39,990 nt of DNA from a virus (taxonomy: Duplodnaviria; Caudoviricetes). The notes beneath the pieces were generated by a model. It saw only the letters and a program-made list of their open reading frames with translations, did not search any database and was not told the origin of the DNA. Position 1 is the stretch's first letter, and each line of letters begins with the position of its first letter. The translations under genes and the position numbers were made by a program. The DNA is taken from the IMG/VR virus record IMGVR_UViG_3300032225_000555, positions 1-39,990 of that record, one strand, 5' to 3'. Shown one piece after another: positions 9,972 to 18,240 of this stretch.

Positions 9972-10514
9972 TTATCCTAACTCTCGGGATAAATAGTATC
10001 GTATCTCGGCGACGAGCTCGGACGTTGGCTTACTGCCGTCTAGGACGATAGCGTTCCAACGTTCAGCGAGGTTGCGATGTTTAGTTTGTCTGCCTAGTAT
10101 CCAACTCGGGTTTTGAGTTGCGAGGGAGAAGGCTCTGGCTCGGAGGATACGTCGTTCTTGAGCGACTCGAGGATCGGTGTTGAGGTGGAAGACGAGGGTT
10201 GTTCCGGCTCGTTTGGCTAGTTTGATAAATCGGTCGTTCGCTAGTCTGTCGCCTTCAGCAATAACGAGTCCTTCGATGCCTTCCTCGTACCAGTCGGAAA
10301 TCGGGTTTATAGCCGCCTGACCTAAAGTGTCTGTCCCGCTAAATGGAACTCGAGTCCAACCGAGTTGTAGAGCTTTGCCGTAAGGGGAGTTATAGGTCGT
10401 GTGTTTGACCGGGTGTAGTTCTAACGTGAGTTGAGTCCAAGGTTGGATTAGCTCTGCGATGAGAGTCGACTTTCCAGCACCTGGCTCGCCTAAAAGAACG
10501 AGAGTTGTAGTCAT
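9972..10514 (-). CDS. P-loop kinase, 5-hydroxymethyluracil DNA kinase-like
   Basis: GEPGAGKST Walker A plus GTDTL and EGDRL motifs of the phage hmU-DNA kinase family; in operon with the amino-acid:DNA transferase. Confidence 0.75.
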   Translation of the reverse strand: MTTTLVLLGEPGAGKSTLIAELIQPWTQLTLELHPVKHTTYNSPYGKALQLGWTRVPFSGTDTLGQAAINPISDWYEEGIEGLVIAEGDRLANDRFIKLAKRAGTTLVFHLNTDPRVAQERRILRARAFSLATQNPSWILGRQTKHRNLAERWNAIVLDGSKPTSELVAEIRYYLSRELG

Positions 10515-10532
10515 GTTTAGCCTTTGACTTGT

Positions 10533-10769
10533 TTAGAGGATTTGGAGGACGTTGACGTACGCCTGTTCTGCCTCTACTACTAAGTCTAACTCTTCTTGTG
10601 TTGCTTTCAAGTCAGCGACAGGAACATCGTTAGTACTCTCAACGTAAGCTTCGAGGATCCGTAGAGCGTCCTCCTCCGACTTGGCTTGAATCGTATAGTT
10701 CACTCCGTAAGCGAGGACGTAAGTTTTTACGCCAATACCGAGAGTTGTGGTCTTCTTGCGTTTAGCCAT
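10533..10769 (-). CDS. Hypothetical protein
   Basis: 78 aa, overlaps the upstream ORF stop; YTIQAKSEEDAL motif. Confidence 0.65.
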   Translation of the reverse strand: MAKRKKTTTLGIGVKTYVLAYGVNYTIQAKSEEDALRILEAYVESTNDVPVADLKATQEELDLVVEAEQAYVNVLQIL

Positions 10770-10980
10770 TTCTTCTTTTTCTTTCTTCTGGTTGGAATCC
10801 GAATCGTTGTTCGGGTAGCGGATCGTTGTTGGCTTGCTCGATTTGAGAGGTCAGCGTCCCGAGGTCTTCTCTCCTCGGAAGGCATTTGTGTATTCTTCGC
10901 CACTCTCTAATCAACTTGAGTTCGTCGTCCCTGTTGACCTCGATTGACGCTCCACAAGAGCAAGTTTCTTCTATCATCAT
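10762..10980 (-). CDS. Small Cys/His zinc-binding hypothetical protein
   Basis: ETCSCGA...WRRIHKC; ATGA-coupled to the FAD oxidoreductase gene. Confidence 0.65.
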   Translation of the reverse strand: MMIEETCSCGASIEVNRDDELKLIREWRRIHKCLPRREDLGTLTSQIEQANNDPLPEQRFGFQPEERKRRNG

Positions 10981-11792
10981 GTAAGGGAGCGTAGCCAGTT
11001 CTCGATTACGGCTGGAGTGATGGCGTATCCCGATCTTGCAAGGTTGCCGATTGAGGTGAACTTATTGCCAAACTCTGGAAGAGTCGGTTCGTTTCCTTTC
11101 ACTCTGGCTCGTATGCCTGTAAGTATTTGCCAAGTTGCTCCCGGTTGGACGAGGTTGGCTTGTTCGGCGGCCTCGAGCATCTCTTCGACTCCTTTGATGG
11201 CGTCTGCCTCGGTTTTGGCGACACTTGAGCCTAGTCGGATTTCGCCGTGATTGTCGGCAATCGTAATCGTGTGGTACGGACGTATGTGATGGATACGGAG
11301 CGGTCCGTGGTCGAGGACGGCGTTCGTCGAGTAGAGGGTTGCTCCCCAAAGGTCTTCGTGTTGGACGGAAAGGTCCCCTCCGTAAGCTCCAGTTGCGTTC
11401 AGGATTGCATCGAACTCGTAAGTGTCTTCTCTAGTTACGATTCGGTTGCCTTCGATAAAGAAGACTTGCTCCTCGATGTCCGGGTTGACGAGGCTTTTCT
11501 CCGGGTCGACCAACCACCAGTCCTTTTGAGTTTTCACCTCCGGGTTACGCCAATGCGACGTGAAAGCGTATTGAGTTACGTCTGCTCCCCATTTCTCGTA
11601 CCAACGCCAAGACTGCTCGATAGTTCCTCGTAACTCTGGCTTGAACCATTGAGGACGTATTGTTGCTAAAGCACATCTCGAGGCGGCTCTTCCGGGAGCG
11701 TGGTCGAAGACGACTACTTCGTGACCGAGTTCTCTGCCGATTCTTGCTGTTGCGGATCCTGCGATGCCTGACCCGATTATGCCTATTCTCAT
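10977..11792 (-). CDS. FAD-dependent oxidoreductase, D-amino-acid/glycine oxidase (DAO/ThiO) family
   Basis: GIIGSGIAG Rossmann motif, ASRCALA, ATGA, GIRAR, GNLARSGYAITPA. Confidence 0.85.
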   Translation of the reverse strand: MRIGIIGSGIAGSATARIGRELGHEVVVFDHAPGRAASRCALATIRPQWFKPELRGTIEQSWRWYEKWGADVTQYAFTSHWRNPEVKTQKDWWLVDPEKSLVNPDIEEQVFFIEGNRIVTREDTYEFDAILNATGAYGGDLSVQHEDLWGATLYSTNAVLDHGPLRIHHIRPYHTITIADNHGEIRLGSSVAKTEADAIKGVEEMLEAAEQANLVQPGATWQILTGIRARVKGNEPTLPEFGNKFTSIGNLARSGYAITPAVIENWLRSLT

Positions 11793-12694
11793 TTTGGACT
11801 CCTCACTAACAACTTACCTGTTTCTTTGAATACTCGCTTGCGAGGTTGGTCGACTCCAGTCCAGTCGTTCTTCTCTCCGAGGTAGTGGTGAGGGATTGCC
11901 CTGCTCCTCGCCTCGAACATCTGTTCGGCTAGAGGACTCGGACACTTGAGGAGGTTCTCCAACATAGCGTCTATGTCCATACCGAGATAGTAGTGACCTT
12001 CGGCGAGAGCGTATACGTCACACAACGACGTTTCAGCCTCTTCAATCTTGGCGTCGACTCCGAGGTCTGTGAGCCTGTTTAAGAGGTCGAGAGAGATTTG
12101 GTCGAGCTCGGCTACGTCTTCGGCTTTGTTGCCGTCTGGCAGGTTGTCGTATAGGAGAGCCAGTCCCTTTCTTGGACCTGAGGAGTGAGCGTGACCCATG
12201 TCTGACGCTTGAAGGGGAAGTCCGTTGACCTTCCAGAGCATTTCGGCAGTTTTGTATGATGCCCAACGTCCGTTTCCGTAGATGGACTCAAGAGCCTCAA
12301 CCACTCGATCCCACGATTGAGTCGGAGAGTCGGTGACTACGTATTTGCGAATCCAGTTCAATAGGCCGCCGTTGTTTTCGGCGATAGATACGAGTTCTCC
12401 GAGGTGGCGTTCCAACTTGGCAGGGACTCGATGAGCTCGGCGTTCCGTCCCGGTCGGTAACTTGAGTTGCTCGGCTTTCGGGATTGCTGGCTCTCGATGG
12501 TTTTCGAAGACTTGGAGCGTTGAGTTCATGTTGTAGTAAGCGACGTAAAGGAACGTCAACCAGACTGCTTGCTCCGAGTCGAGCTCTAGGATTTGACCGA
12601 ACTCTTTGAGGCAGGGATAAACGTCATCTATCTCGTTCGAGGCGACGGACTCGGAGTGGAAGAGAGCATACGTCTTCCAATCTAGTTGCGTCAT
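11789..12694 (-). CDS. Amino-acid:DNA transferase (aGPT-PPlase clade 2, HhH-glycosylase-like fold)
   Basis: EIDDVY, GTERRAHR, GNGRWASYKTAEM, SSGPRKGL, ETSLCD, HYYLGMDI motifs. Confidence 0.8.
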   Translation of the reverse strand: MTQLDWKTYALFHSESVASNEIDDVYPCLKEFGQILELDSEQAVWLTFLYVAYYNMNSTLQVFENHREPAIPKAEQLKLPTGTERRAHRVPAKLERHLGELVSIAENNGGLLNWIRKYVVTDSPTQSWDRVVEALESIYGNGRWASYKTAEMLWKVNGLPLQASDMGHAHSSGPRKGLALLYDNLPDGNKAEDVAELDQISLDLLNRLTDLGVDAKIEEAETSLCDVYALAEGHYYLGMDIDAMLENLLKCPSPLAEQMFEARSRAIPHHYLGEKNDWTGVDQPRKRVFKETGKLLVRSPK

Positions 12695-13554
12695 TTGACT
12701 TTAGAGGATCCTGATTTGAGATCCTCAGCCATACCATCTTCTCGTTTAGTTCTCGACTCTTTGGCCTTAGCAGTTTCGACAGCGTAAGTGAAACAATCCT
12801 TCATACCTCGGAGAGCGTAATACACGACCGAATAGCGATAAGCTCCCTCTTTGCGAGGAGTCATTGGAGTTACTCCGTGGACGTATTTATACCCGGGGAA
12901 GAAACTTACCCAACCATCTCGAGCCGTGAACGTGAAGTCGTATTCGGGGAAGTGGAGATAGCCGCCAGCCATGTCCCTTCGGATTACTGGCATCGCTGAC
13001 CAAGTCGCAAAGTTGAATCCGTCACGGTGATACGGAAGGGTTGAAGACTTGTTGACGACTCCCGAAGTCCAAAGAGCGTCGTCCGTCATACGCCACTCGT
13101 TCTCGAGTCCAGCCTTAGATAGATTATCGACATCATGTTCGTAGAGATCCGGAGCAAACTCTCTGAGCATCTTGGCAAACTTCTCGGCAAACTTGATTAG
13201 TACAGCGTGTTCGTCAGGTTGCTCGTTGGCGAGAGTTGTTGGACGGCAAGACTCTCGACGTTGAAATACCTTTCGTGGAGCCATACCGAAAGTTCGGCTA
13301 ATGTTCTTGAGTCCTGTTGATTGTCGGATTGTCGATCCGTACTTTATGTTGAGGACGGCCGCTCGGAGCAGAGCTACTTCCTCTTCCATAGGAAAGCAAG
13401 CGAAGATTGGTTCTTCCGTTTCATCGTCAATCCAGATACCCGGTCCGTGTAACTCCGGGTCGATACTTGGAACCTCAGTACCGACTAGCTCGGTAGCCTC
13501 GTCTTCCGTTAAAACTCTCTTGACTCTAATGATTGGAAGGTCACTCAGTTTCAC
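12691..13554 (-). CDS. TET/JBP-family 2-oxoglutarate/Fe(II) dioxygenase
   Basis: TSGVVN...YHRD (HxD), GGYLHFPEY, VHGVTP (distal His), RYSVVYY (2OG-binding Arg). Confidence 0.85.
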   Translation of the reverse strand: MKLSDLPIIRVKRVLTEDEATELVGTEVPSIDPELHGPGIWIDDETEEPIFACFPMEEEVALLRAAVLNIKYGSTIRQSTGLKNISRTFGMAPRKVFQRRESCRPTTLANEQPDEHAVLIKFAEKFAKMLREFAPDLYEHDVDNLSKAGLENEWRMTDDALWTSGVVNKSSTLPYHRDGFNFATWSAMPVIRRDMAGGYLHFPEYDFTFTARDGWVSFFPGYKYVHGVTPMTPRKEGAYRYSVVYYALRGMKDCFTYAVETAKAKESRTKREDGMAEDLKSGSSKVK

Positions 13555-14209
13555 TTGGTGCTTGCTCCTTATACTCGGTTTCTAAAAGATGAACTATTGC
13601 GTCAGCGTTGGAAGTGATGTTGTTTTTGTTTCGGTAATCCAACAACTTTTCCATTAGCCAGATGTAAGTGGCGTTCGGGTAATCGGCTATCAACATACGA
13701 GTTGCTTTTTGAGCGTAACGCTCGGCATACTCCTCGAGGCTAGGGATTGTTAGAGTTCCACTCTGACCTGTTTCGCCGGTCTTGACCTCGCTGTAAGAGC
13801 TTACAGTTGGAGCAACAGACTCCTCGAGTAACGCTCTCAGGTCGTCAAGATCGGTCTGCTCGTATCCAGAGCCGTCCAAGTCTGGAATTGAAGACAACAA
13901 CTCGAGAAGTTTCTCATTATCGTATTCTCCAAGATCGGAAGAGCGATTGTCGATGGCTACTATCTTGCCAGCCGTTTCCTCGTCAACGTCGACAAAAGTA
14001 ACGTCGATTGTTTCCCAACCTAGCTCTACGGCCGCTTGGAACGTATGGTTACCAGCAAGAATCTCCCGAGTGCGAGAGTTCACGGTGATTGGCTTGTATT
14101 GACCATACGTTTTGAGCGACTCGGCAATAACTTTTACATTGCCTTTTCTTGGATTGTTGGCGTACGGCTTGAGATCCGTAACGGCAACTGATTCGATTTT
14201 CAGACTCAT
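13541..14209 (-). CDS. ParB/Srx N-terminal-domain protein
   Basis: LKPYANNPR, SLKTYGQYKPI, ILAGNHT, IDNRSSDL; no methylase domain fused. Confidence 0.85.
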   Translation of the reverse strand: MSLKIESVAVTDLKPYANNPRKGNVKVIAESLKTYGQYKPITVNSRTREILAGNHTFQAAVELGWETIDVTFVDVDEETAGKIVAIDNRSSDLGEYDNEKLLELLSSIPDLDGSGYEQTDLDDLRALLEESVAPTVSSYSEVKTGETGQSGTLTIPSLEEYAERYAQKATRMLIADYPNATYIWLMEKLLDYRNKNNITSNADAIVHLLETEYKEQAPSETE

Positions 14210-14226
14210 TAGTTCTCCTTACCTAG

Positions 14227-14235
14227 ATTGTATCA
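14227..14235 (-). promoter_or_regulatory. Putative extended -10 promoter for the modification/packaging/structural operon
   Basis: TGATACAAT on the minus strand followed by AAGGAG RBS and the ParB-like start. Confidence 0.5.
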
Positions 14236-14649
14236 CTAGAACGGAGTGTCGTCGGAAACGGCTGTCGGTGTAGACCAGTCTGGAGTTGGCGTGGCTGAAC
14301 GGAACTGGTCGTTCGAAGAGGTTGACTCCGACTTGTCGTATCGCTCTGCCTTAGCAACTGTGTCTGCCTTGATAATGAGCGATTTGATAGACGTTCCGTC
14401 TTTTTCGTAAGTTTCTTGGTAGAGCTCGCCAGACACGATTACTTTAGAACCCTTGGTGTATAGAACCTCTGGAAGTCTGTCCCAGATAGTGACCTTGAAC
14501 CAGATTGTTTCAGCATCAGTCCACTCGCCGTTCTTCTTCTCTCGAGGAGTTACGGCTACGGTAAGGTTGCTGACCCACTTGCCCTGCTTGGTCTGACGGA
14601 TCTCTATGTCACGTCCGAGGTTGCCAATGATTGTTAGAGGGATGTTCAT
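14236..14649 (-). CDS. ssb: Single-stranded DNA-binding protein
   Basis: IIGNLGRD, WFKVTIW, KGSKVIVSG, acidic tail DDTPF. Confidence 0.92.
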   Translation of the reverse strand: MNIPLTIIGNLGRDIEIRQTKQGKWVSNLTVAVTPREKKNGEWTDAETIWFKVTIWDRLPEVLYTKGSKVIVSGELYQETYEKDGTSIKSLIIKADTVAKAERYDKSESTSSNDQFRSATPTPDWSTPTAVSDDTPF

Positions 14650-14653
14650 TTGT

Positions 14654-15859
14654 TTATTCGCTTTCTTTTATTAGTTGTTTTGGTAACAGAATCCGTAATG
14701 CGATTTCTGCTTGTTGCGGAACCACGCCGTTGCCAGCGAGTTTCAACTCTTCGTTTCTGGTCAATCCACAATCGGTTATCCAACCCTCCGGGAGTCCCAT
14801 CATCCATTCCGTAAAGACGCTTGAAAGTCTGTGAGCTCCGTCTTTGCCGTCTGGCTTGGTTGGTGCTGGTGCTGGTCGACCAAGGACGAACTCCCAACGC
14901 TTGATTGCTGGCTCGTACTTTCCCCAAATCTGAGGATTGTCTACTCCGGATCTTGCGATGTTCGTAAGAGCAACTTGATTGCCGTTGGCGATACGCTCTT
15001 CAGCCGTGATGGTCGTATCTTGTTTAGTTCCCTCCGAGGCTAGAGGAGTCGGCAGAACGTATACGTCGCTCGCAAGAGTCGAGTAACGTTTCGTGTTGTG
15101 TCCTGTGTTCTTGGCGTCGTCGACCAACGGAGTTGAAAGCAACACTATGTCCTCTCGAAGATTGCCTGTCGTGCTACGGACTGAGCCTCCCTCAACTCCA
15201 CGCCTCAACTGACGCTCCAAAGCCTCCCCGGTCCTTGCTGGTAAAGAGTCCATAGTGTTTGGAGTTGGTAAGAGATTGGCGGCTATCAAGTCTTCAACGA
15301 ACTCAGCCGGATTAGCGTTACTGTTTTTCCTAAACTCTGGTGAACGGCCGCTCAATGCCGTTGTCAAAGTTCCGAACAATTCGATACCCTCCTGCTCCAA
15401 ACGAATTGCCACGCCAAGACTTGCTCCGGGCATTCCTTTAGCTCGACCCTCAATGTAGTCTTCTCGCCTTTGAAGATAGTCGTCCAAGTCTTCGTCGTGA
15501 TTACGAATGTGACCAACAGTTGGAGTTGGCAAGTTGATTAGGTCGACAATCTGGTCCCGGAGCATCACGTAATGACCCTTCGCCTCTTTGACTTTCGCCG
15601 AGACCGCTCCACCATCTCCCTCGACTCCCATTGGAGTCATAAGTAGTTTGACGTTAGAACTCTCTTGAGGCGACGATGAAGATCCGTTCCCTGCGATGCG
15701 GAGCTCCTGCGTCGGAAGCTCGTACGCTTGTCCACCTAGCGTCATACCCGAGGGTGACCAAGTCCCCGAGAACAGCTCCAAGTGCTCGCAATACAGGCTC
15801 TGTATCGGTTTCTCCCATACAGAACGGGCATCGTTCCAAATCGCTATTGGCTTTAGCAT
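14654..15859 (-). CDS. C5-cytosine methyltransferase C-terminal subunit (motifs IX-X) with ~6 LPTP repeats
   Basis: RLSSVFTEWMMGLPEGW and LKLAGNGVVP; overlaps the N-terminal subunit gene by 206 nt in another frame. Confidence 0.75.
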   Translation of the reverse strand: MLKPIAIWNDARSVWEKPIQSLYCEHLELFSGTWSPSGMTLGGQAYELPTQELRIAGNGSSSSPQESSNVKLLMTPMGVEGDGGAVSAKVKEAKGHYVMLRDQIVDLINLPTPTVGHIRNHDEDLDDYLQRREDYIEGRAKGMPGASLGVAIRLEQEGIELFGTLTTALSGRSPEFRKNSNANPAEFVEDLIAANLLPTPNTMDSLPARTGEALERQLRRGVEGGSVRSTTGNLREDIVLLSTPLVDDAKNTGHNTKRYSTLASDVYVLPTPLASEGTKQDTTITAEERIANGNQVALTNIARSGVDNPQIWGKYEPAIKRWEFVLGRPAPAPTKPDGKDGAHRLSSVFTEWMMGLPEGWITDCGLTRNEELKLAGNGVVPQQAEIALRILLPKQLIKESE

Positions 15860-16211
15860 TAAGTATTCCTCTCACGTTTTCGATTACTACGAGTTTTGGT
15901 TGTAACGTTTCTATTGCTCGAGCGAACTCAGACCAGAGTCCACTCCTCGTCCCCTCTTTGAGTCCGGCTCTCTTACCAGCGACGCTCAAGTCTTGGCAAG
16001 GGAATCCGCCAGTCAGGATCTCGACAGGTTCAACCTGAGTGAAGTCGACCTCTCGGACATCGTGGTAGTTCGGTATCCCGGAGAAGTTCTTTTCTAAAAC
16101 CTTGGACGGAGCTTTATCAAACTCACAATGCCAGACGACTCTGCCACCTGTGACGTTAGTTACGGCTAGGTCTAGGCCGCCGTAGCCACTAAATAACGAT
16201 CCGATTCTCAT
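15654..16211 (-). CDS. C5-cytosine methyltransferase N-terminal catalytic subunit (motifs I-VIII)
   Basis: SLFSGYGG, GGFPCQ, ENV, RRER. Confidence 0.9.
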   Translation of the reverse strand: MRIGSLFSGYGGLDLAVTNVTGGRVVWHCEFDKAPSKVLEKNFSGIPNYHDVREVDFTQVEPVEILTGGFPCQDLSVAGKRAGLKEGTRSGLWSEFARAIETLQPKLVVIENVRGILNAKANSDLERCPFCMGETDTEPVLRALGAVLGDLVTLGYDARWTSVRASDAGAPHRRERIFIVASREF

Positions 16212-16702
16212 AGTTGTCTACGCAATCTGACGAAGTGTCCAACGATTGGAGTTGTCTCGAGAAAGTCTGCCTCGGCATCTGTGTAAGCGATTAGGACGCT
16301 CGGAGATCCGGCGGCTTGCCCTTGAGTTCCGTCTGGACGATAGAACGACACTCTCCCTTTGAGGAAGAGAATCCCGGTTGCTTTGCTCCAAACTTGGTCG
16401 AAGAAAGTCTTTGTTTCGGTTCTAGCAAATACCAACGCTAGTCCCCCCCCCGAGTGATTGGCTAGTCGATTGAGCCAGATGTCCATACCCGGACCATACG
16501 GCGGATTTAGCCAGACTCGTCCGTTCCAAGTCTGAGCAAGTCCGTCGTCCTCGATTGTGTAGTGGAGCTTGGCAGTACTCCAAGGTCGATTTATCGGTGA
16601 GCAAGGATCCAAGTCGAACTCCCCTAGAGCTCGGAGGAGGGAGGGAGGCGTAAGCCAGACATCCGTCTTTGATACTGAGGTTTCGCCGCCGAGATTAACC
16701 AT
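16208..16702 (-). CDS. Phage N6-adenine DNA methyltransferase (Dam-like)
   Basis: WLTP, FDLDPC, DGL, NPPY, ARTET. Confidence 0.88.
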   Translation of the reverse strand: MVNLGGETSVSKTDVWLTPPSLLRALGEFDLDPCSPINRPWSTAKLHYTIEDDGLAQTWNGRVWLNPPYGPGMDIWLNRLANHSGGGLALVFARTETKTFFDQVWSKATGILFLKGRVSFYRPDGTQGQAAGSPSVLIAYTDAEADFLETTPIVGHFVRLRRQL

Positions 16703-17366
16703 TAGAGTTGCTCCTCTGGTCTACGATGGCTGACCTGATTTCTTCCCCAAGAGCGTATGGAACCATTGAGCGAGTCTTAGCGTTGGAGCGTCCTTGAGTT
16801 CCTGTGCTTGAGCCTCGAGGAGCGGCTATGTGGCAATCCGATCCGTTGGCACAAGCAGGTCGAGGAGTCCAACCCGGGACTTCTCCCCAAAGGTCAGTTG
16901 GTTTCATCCGGTCGTCGCCGTATTGGCAATAAGTGATTGTTCGTCTAGGGAGGTCAGCGAGAGGAGGTAACTTTCGTAACATCCCTCTCGGGTTCTCGAT
17001 TAGGTATCCAAGTTTTGGAGCGAGGTCGTGTATGAGGTTGCGAACGTGAACTACGAGCTCTTGACTGAGGACGGCTCTATCGGTTCGAGGTTGAGGGAAA
17101 GATCCGCCACTAATCCAATGATGACCCATTGAGGCTACGGAGAACGCAGTACACGGAGGACTAGCCCAAACAAAGTCTGGTTGTCCGTAAGTTTTGATTA
17201 GGTATTCGGCAGTCAACTCGAGGATGTCGATGTTCTCGGTTGCGAAAAAGTCCGAGTCCAACTCGAAGGAGATTACGTTGTCGCCAGCGTCCTCGAAAGC
17301 TCGAGTTGATGAACCTGTGCCTGAGAAGAAATCAAAGACGAGGAGTGGAGTATCGGATTTGCCCAT
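16695..17366 (-). CDS. Short C5-cytosine methyltransferase-like protein
   Basis: DFFSGTGS (motif I), ASPPC (IV), IENP (VI), YCQYG...KPTDLW. Confidence 0.8.
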   Translation of the reverse strand: MGKSDTPLLVFDFFSGTGSSTRAFEDAGDNVISFELDSDFFATENIDILELTAEYLIKTYGQPDFVWASPPCTAFSVASMGHHWISGGSFPQPRTDRAVLSQELVVHVRNLIHDLAPKLGYLIENPRGMLRKLPPLADLPRRTITYCQYGDDRMKPTDLWGEVPGWTPRPACANGSDCHIAAPRGSSTGTQGRSNAKTRSMVPYALGEEIRSAIVDQRSNSNG

Positions 17367-17388
17367 TGTGTTTAGCCTTCTTTGATTA

Positions 17389-17637
17389 TTATCTTACACG
17401 CTTTTTTATCATCTGTCGCCGTTGAGCCTCGGTCAATCCTCCCCAAACTCCGTCCTCAATGTTCTCTTTGATTGAGTACTTGAGGCAGAGTTCGACGATT
17501 GGACAATCATTACAGATTCCGACAGCGAGGTCTTGAGTTGCCGTGTCGAAGAACAATTCAGGATCGACCCAAGGTTCAGCACATCTAGCTTGCTCGATGC
17601 CGTTTTCGTCCCGGGTTTCTAAGAGTCGCAAAGTCAT
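17389..17637 (-). CDS. whiB: WhiB-family Fe-S transcription factor
   Basis: C...DPELFF...CxxCP...C...GVWGG. Confidence 0.95.
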   Translation of the reverse strand: MTLRLLETRDENGIEQARCAEPWVDPELFFDTATQDLAVGICNDCPIVELCLKYSIKENIEDGVWGGLTEAQRRQMIKKRVR

Positions 17638-18050
17638 GTTCGAATGCTTACAATTGTTAGAGGGAAACCAGAGGCGTAAACCTTCGAGGCGACTATCACC
17701 GTGACCTGTGAATCGTCCTTCCAGATTTTACCCGATTGAGTGACGCCATCGAGAACGCCGCGTATCAACTTATCCAAATCGGGTTTTACTGTCGGGTGCA
17801 GACGTTTCACGGATTTTGGTCGCTCCATAAAGAAAGTTATCGATACGTGGATAGCGACCGAGGAGTCTGGCATCGTCCACTTGTGAGAGCTACGAGCCGC
17901 CTCGTCGCTGACGAGCCTCCTCCATTTCTTCAATCCCTTAGCGGACTCTACTAAAACAATACGTCCACCTTGGTTGTAAGCGTTTTTAGATCCCTGTGGA
18001 ACTGGTTGACCCGGAACGGCAAACTCAAGTTCCAAGTCAATCTCTTCCAA
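17634..18050 (-). CDS. rusA: RusA-like Holliday junction resolvase
   Basis: PVPQGSK, KPDLDKLIRGVLDG, DDSQV; start uncertain (TTG 18050 or 18035). Confidence 0.88.
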   Translation of the reverse strand: MEEIDLELEFAVPGQPVPQGSKNAYNQGGRIVLVESAKGLKKWRRLVSDEAARSSHKWTMPDSSVAIHVSITFFMERPKSVKRLHPTVKPDLDKLIRGVLDGVTQSGKIWKDDSQVTVIVASKVYASGFPLTIVSIRT

Positions 18051-18240
18051 CGTTGACCGAGTTCTCGGCATCGCACTCTGGACAATGAACAATAACTTCG
18101 TCGCAACCTCGAGATCCGATTGCGTCCGAGTCTTCAATTTCGGACTCGCAAGCGTGGCAAGTATAAGTTACAGTCATCGACACCTCGTCGTCCCAAGGTG
18201 TAGCCGTTTTCCAGCCGTCGTAACCCGGAATGCTATCCAT
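18037..18240 (-). CDS. Small zinc-ribbon protein
   Basis: MDSIPGYDGWK...CHAC...CPEC; TAATG-coupled to the upstream gene. Confidence 0.7.
   Translation of the reverse strand: MDSIPGYDGWKTATPWDDEVSMTVTYTCHACESEIEDSDAIGSRGCDEVIVHCPECDAENSVNVGRD

Noticed and set aside
13541-14209. ParB as a plasmid-prophage partition system
   Set aside because: No ParA or HTH/parS evidence; the context is DNA modification and packaging
14249-14253. GACAC upstream of the late -10 as a WhiA/WhiB site
   Set aside because: A single 5-mer inside the ssb coding end; not distinguishable from chance
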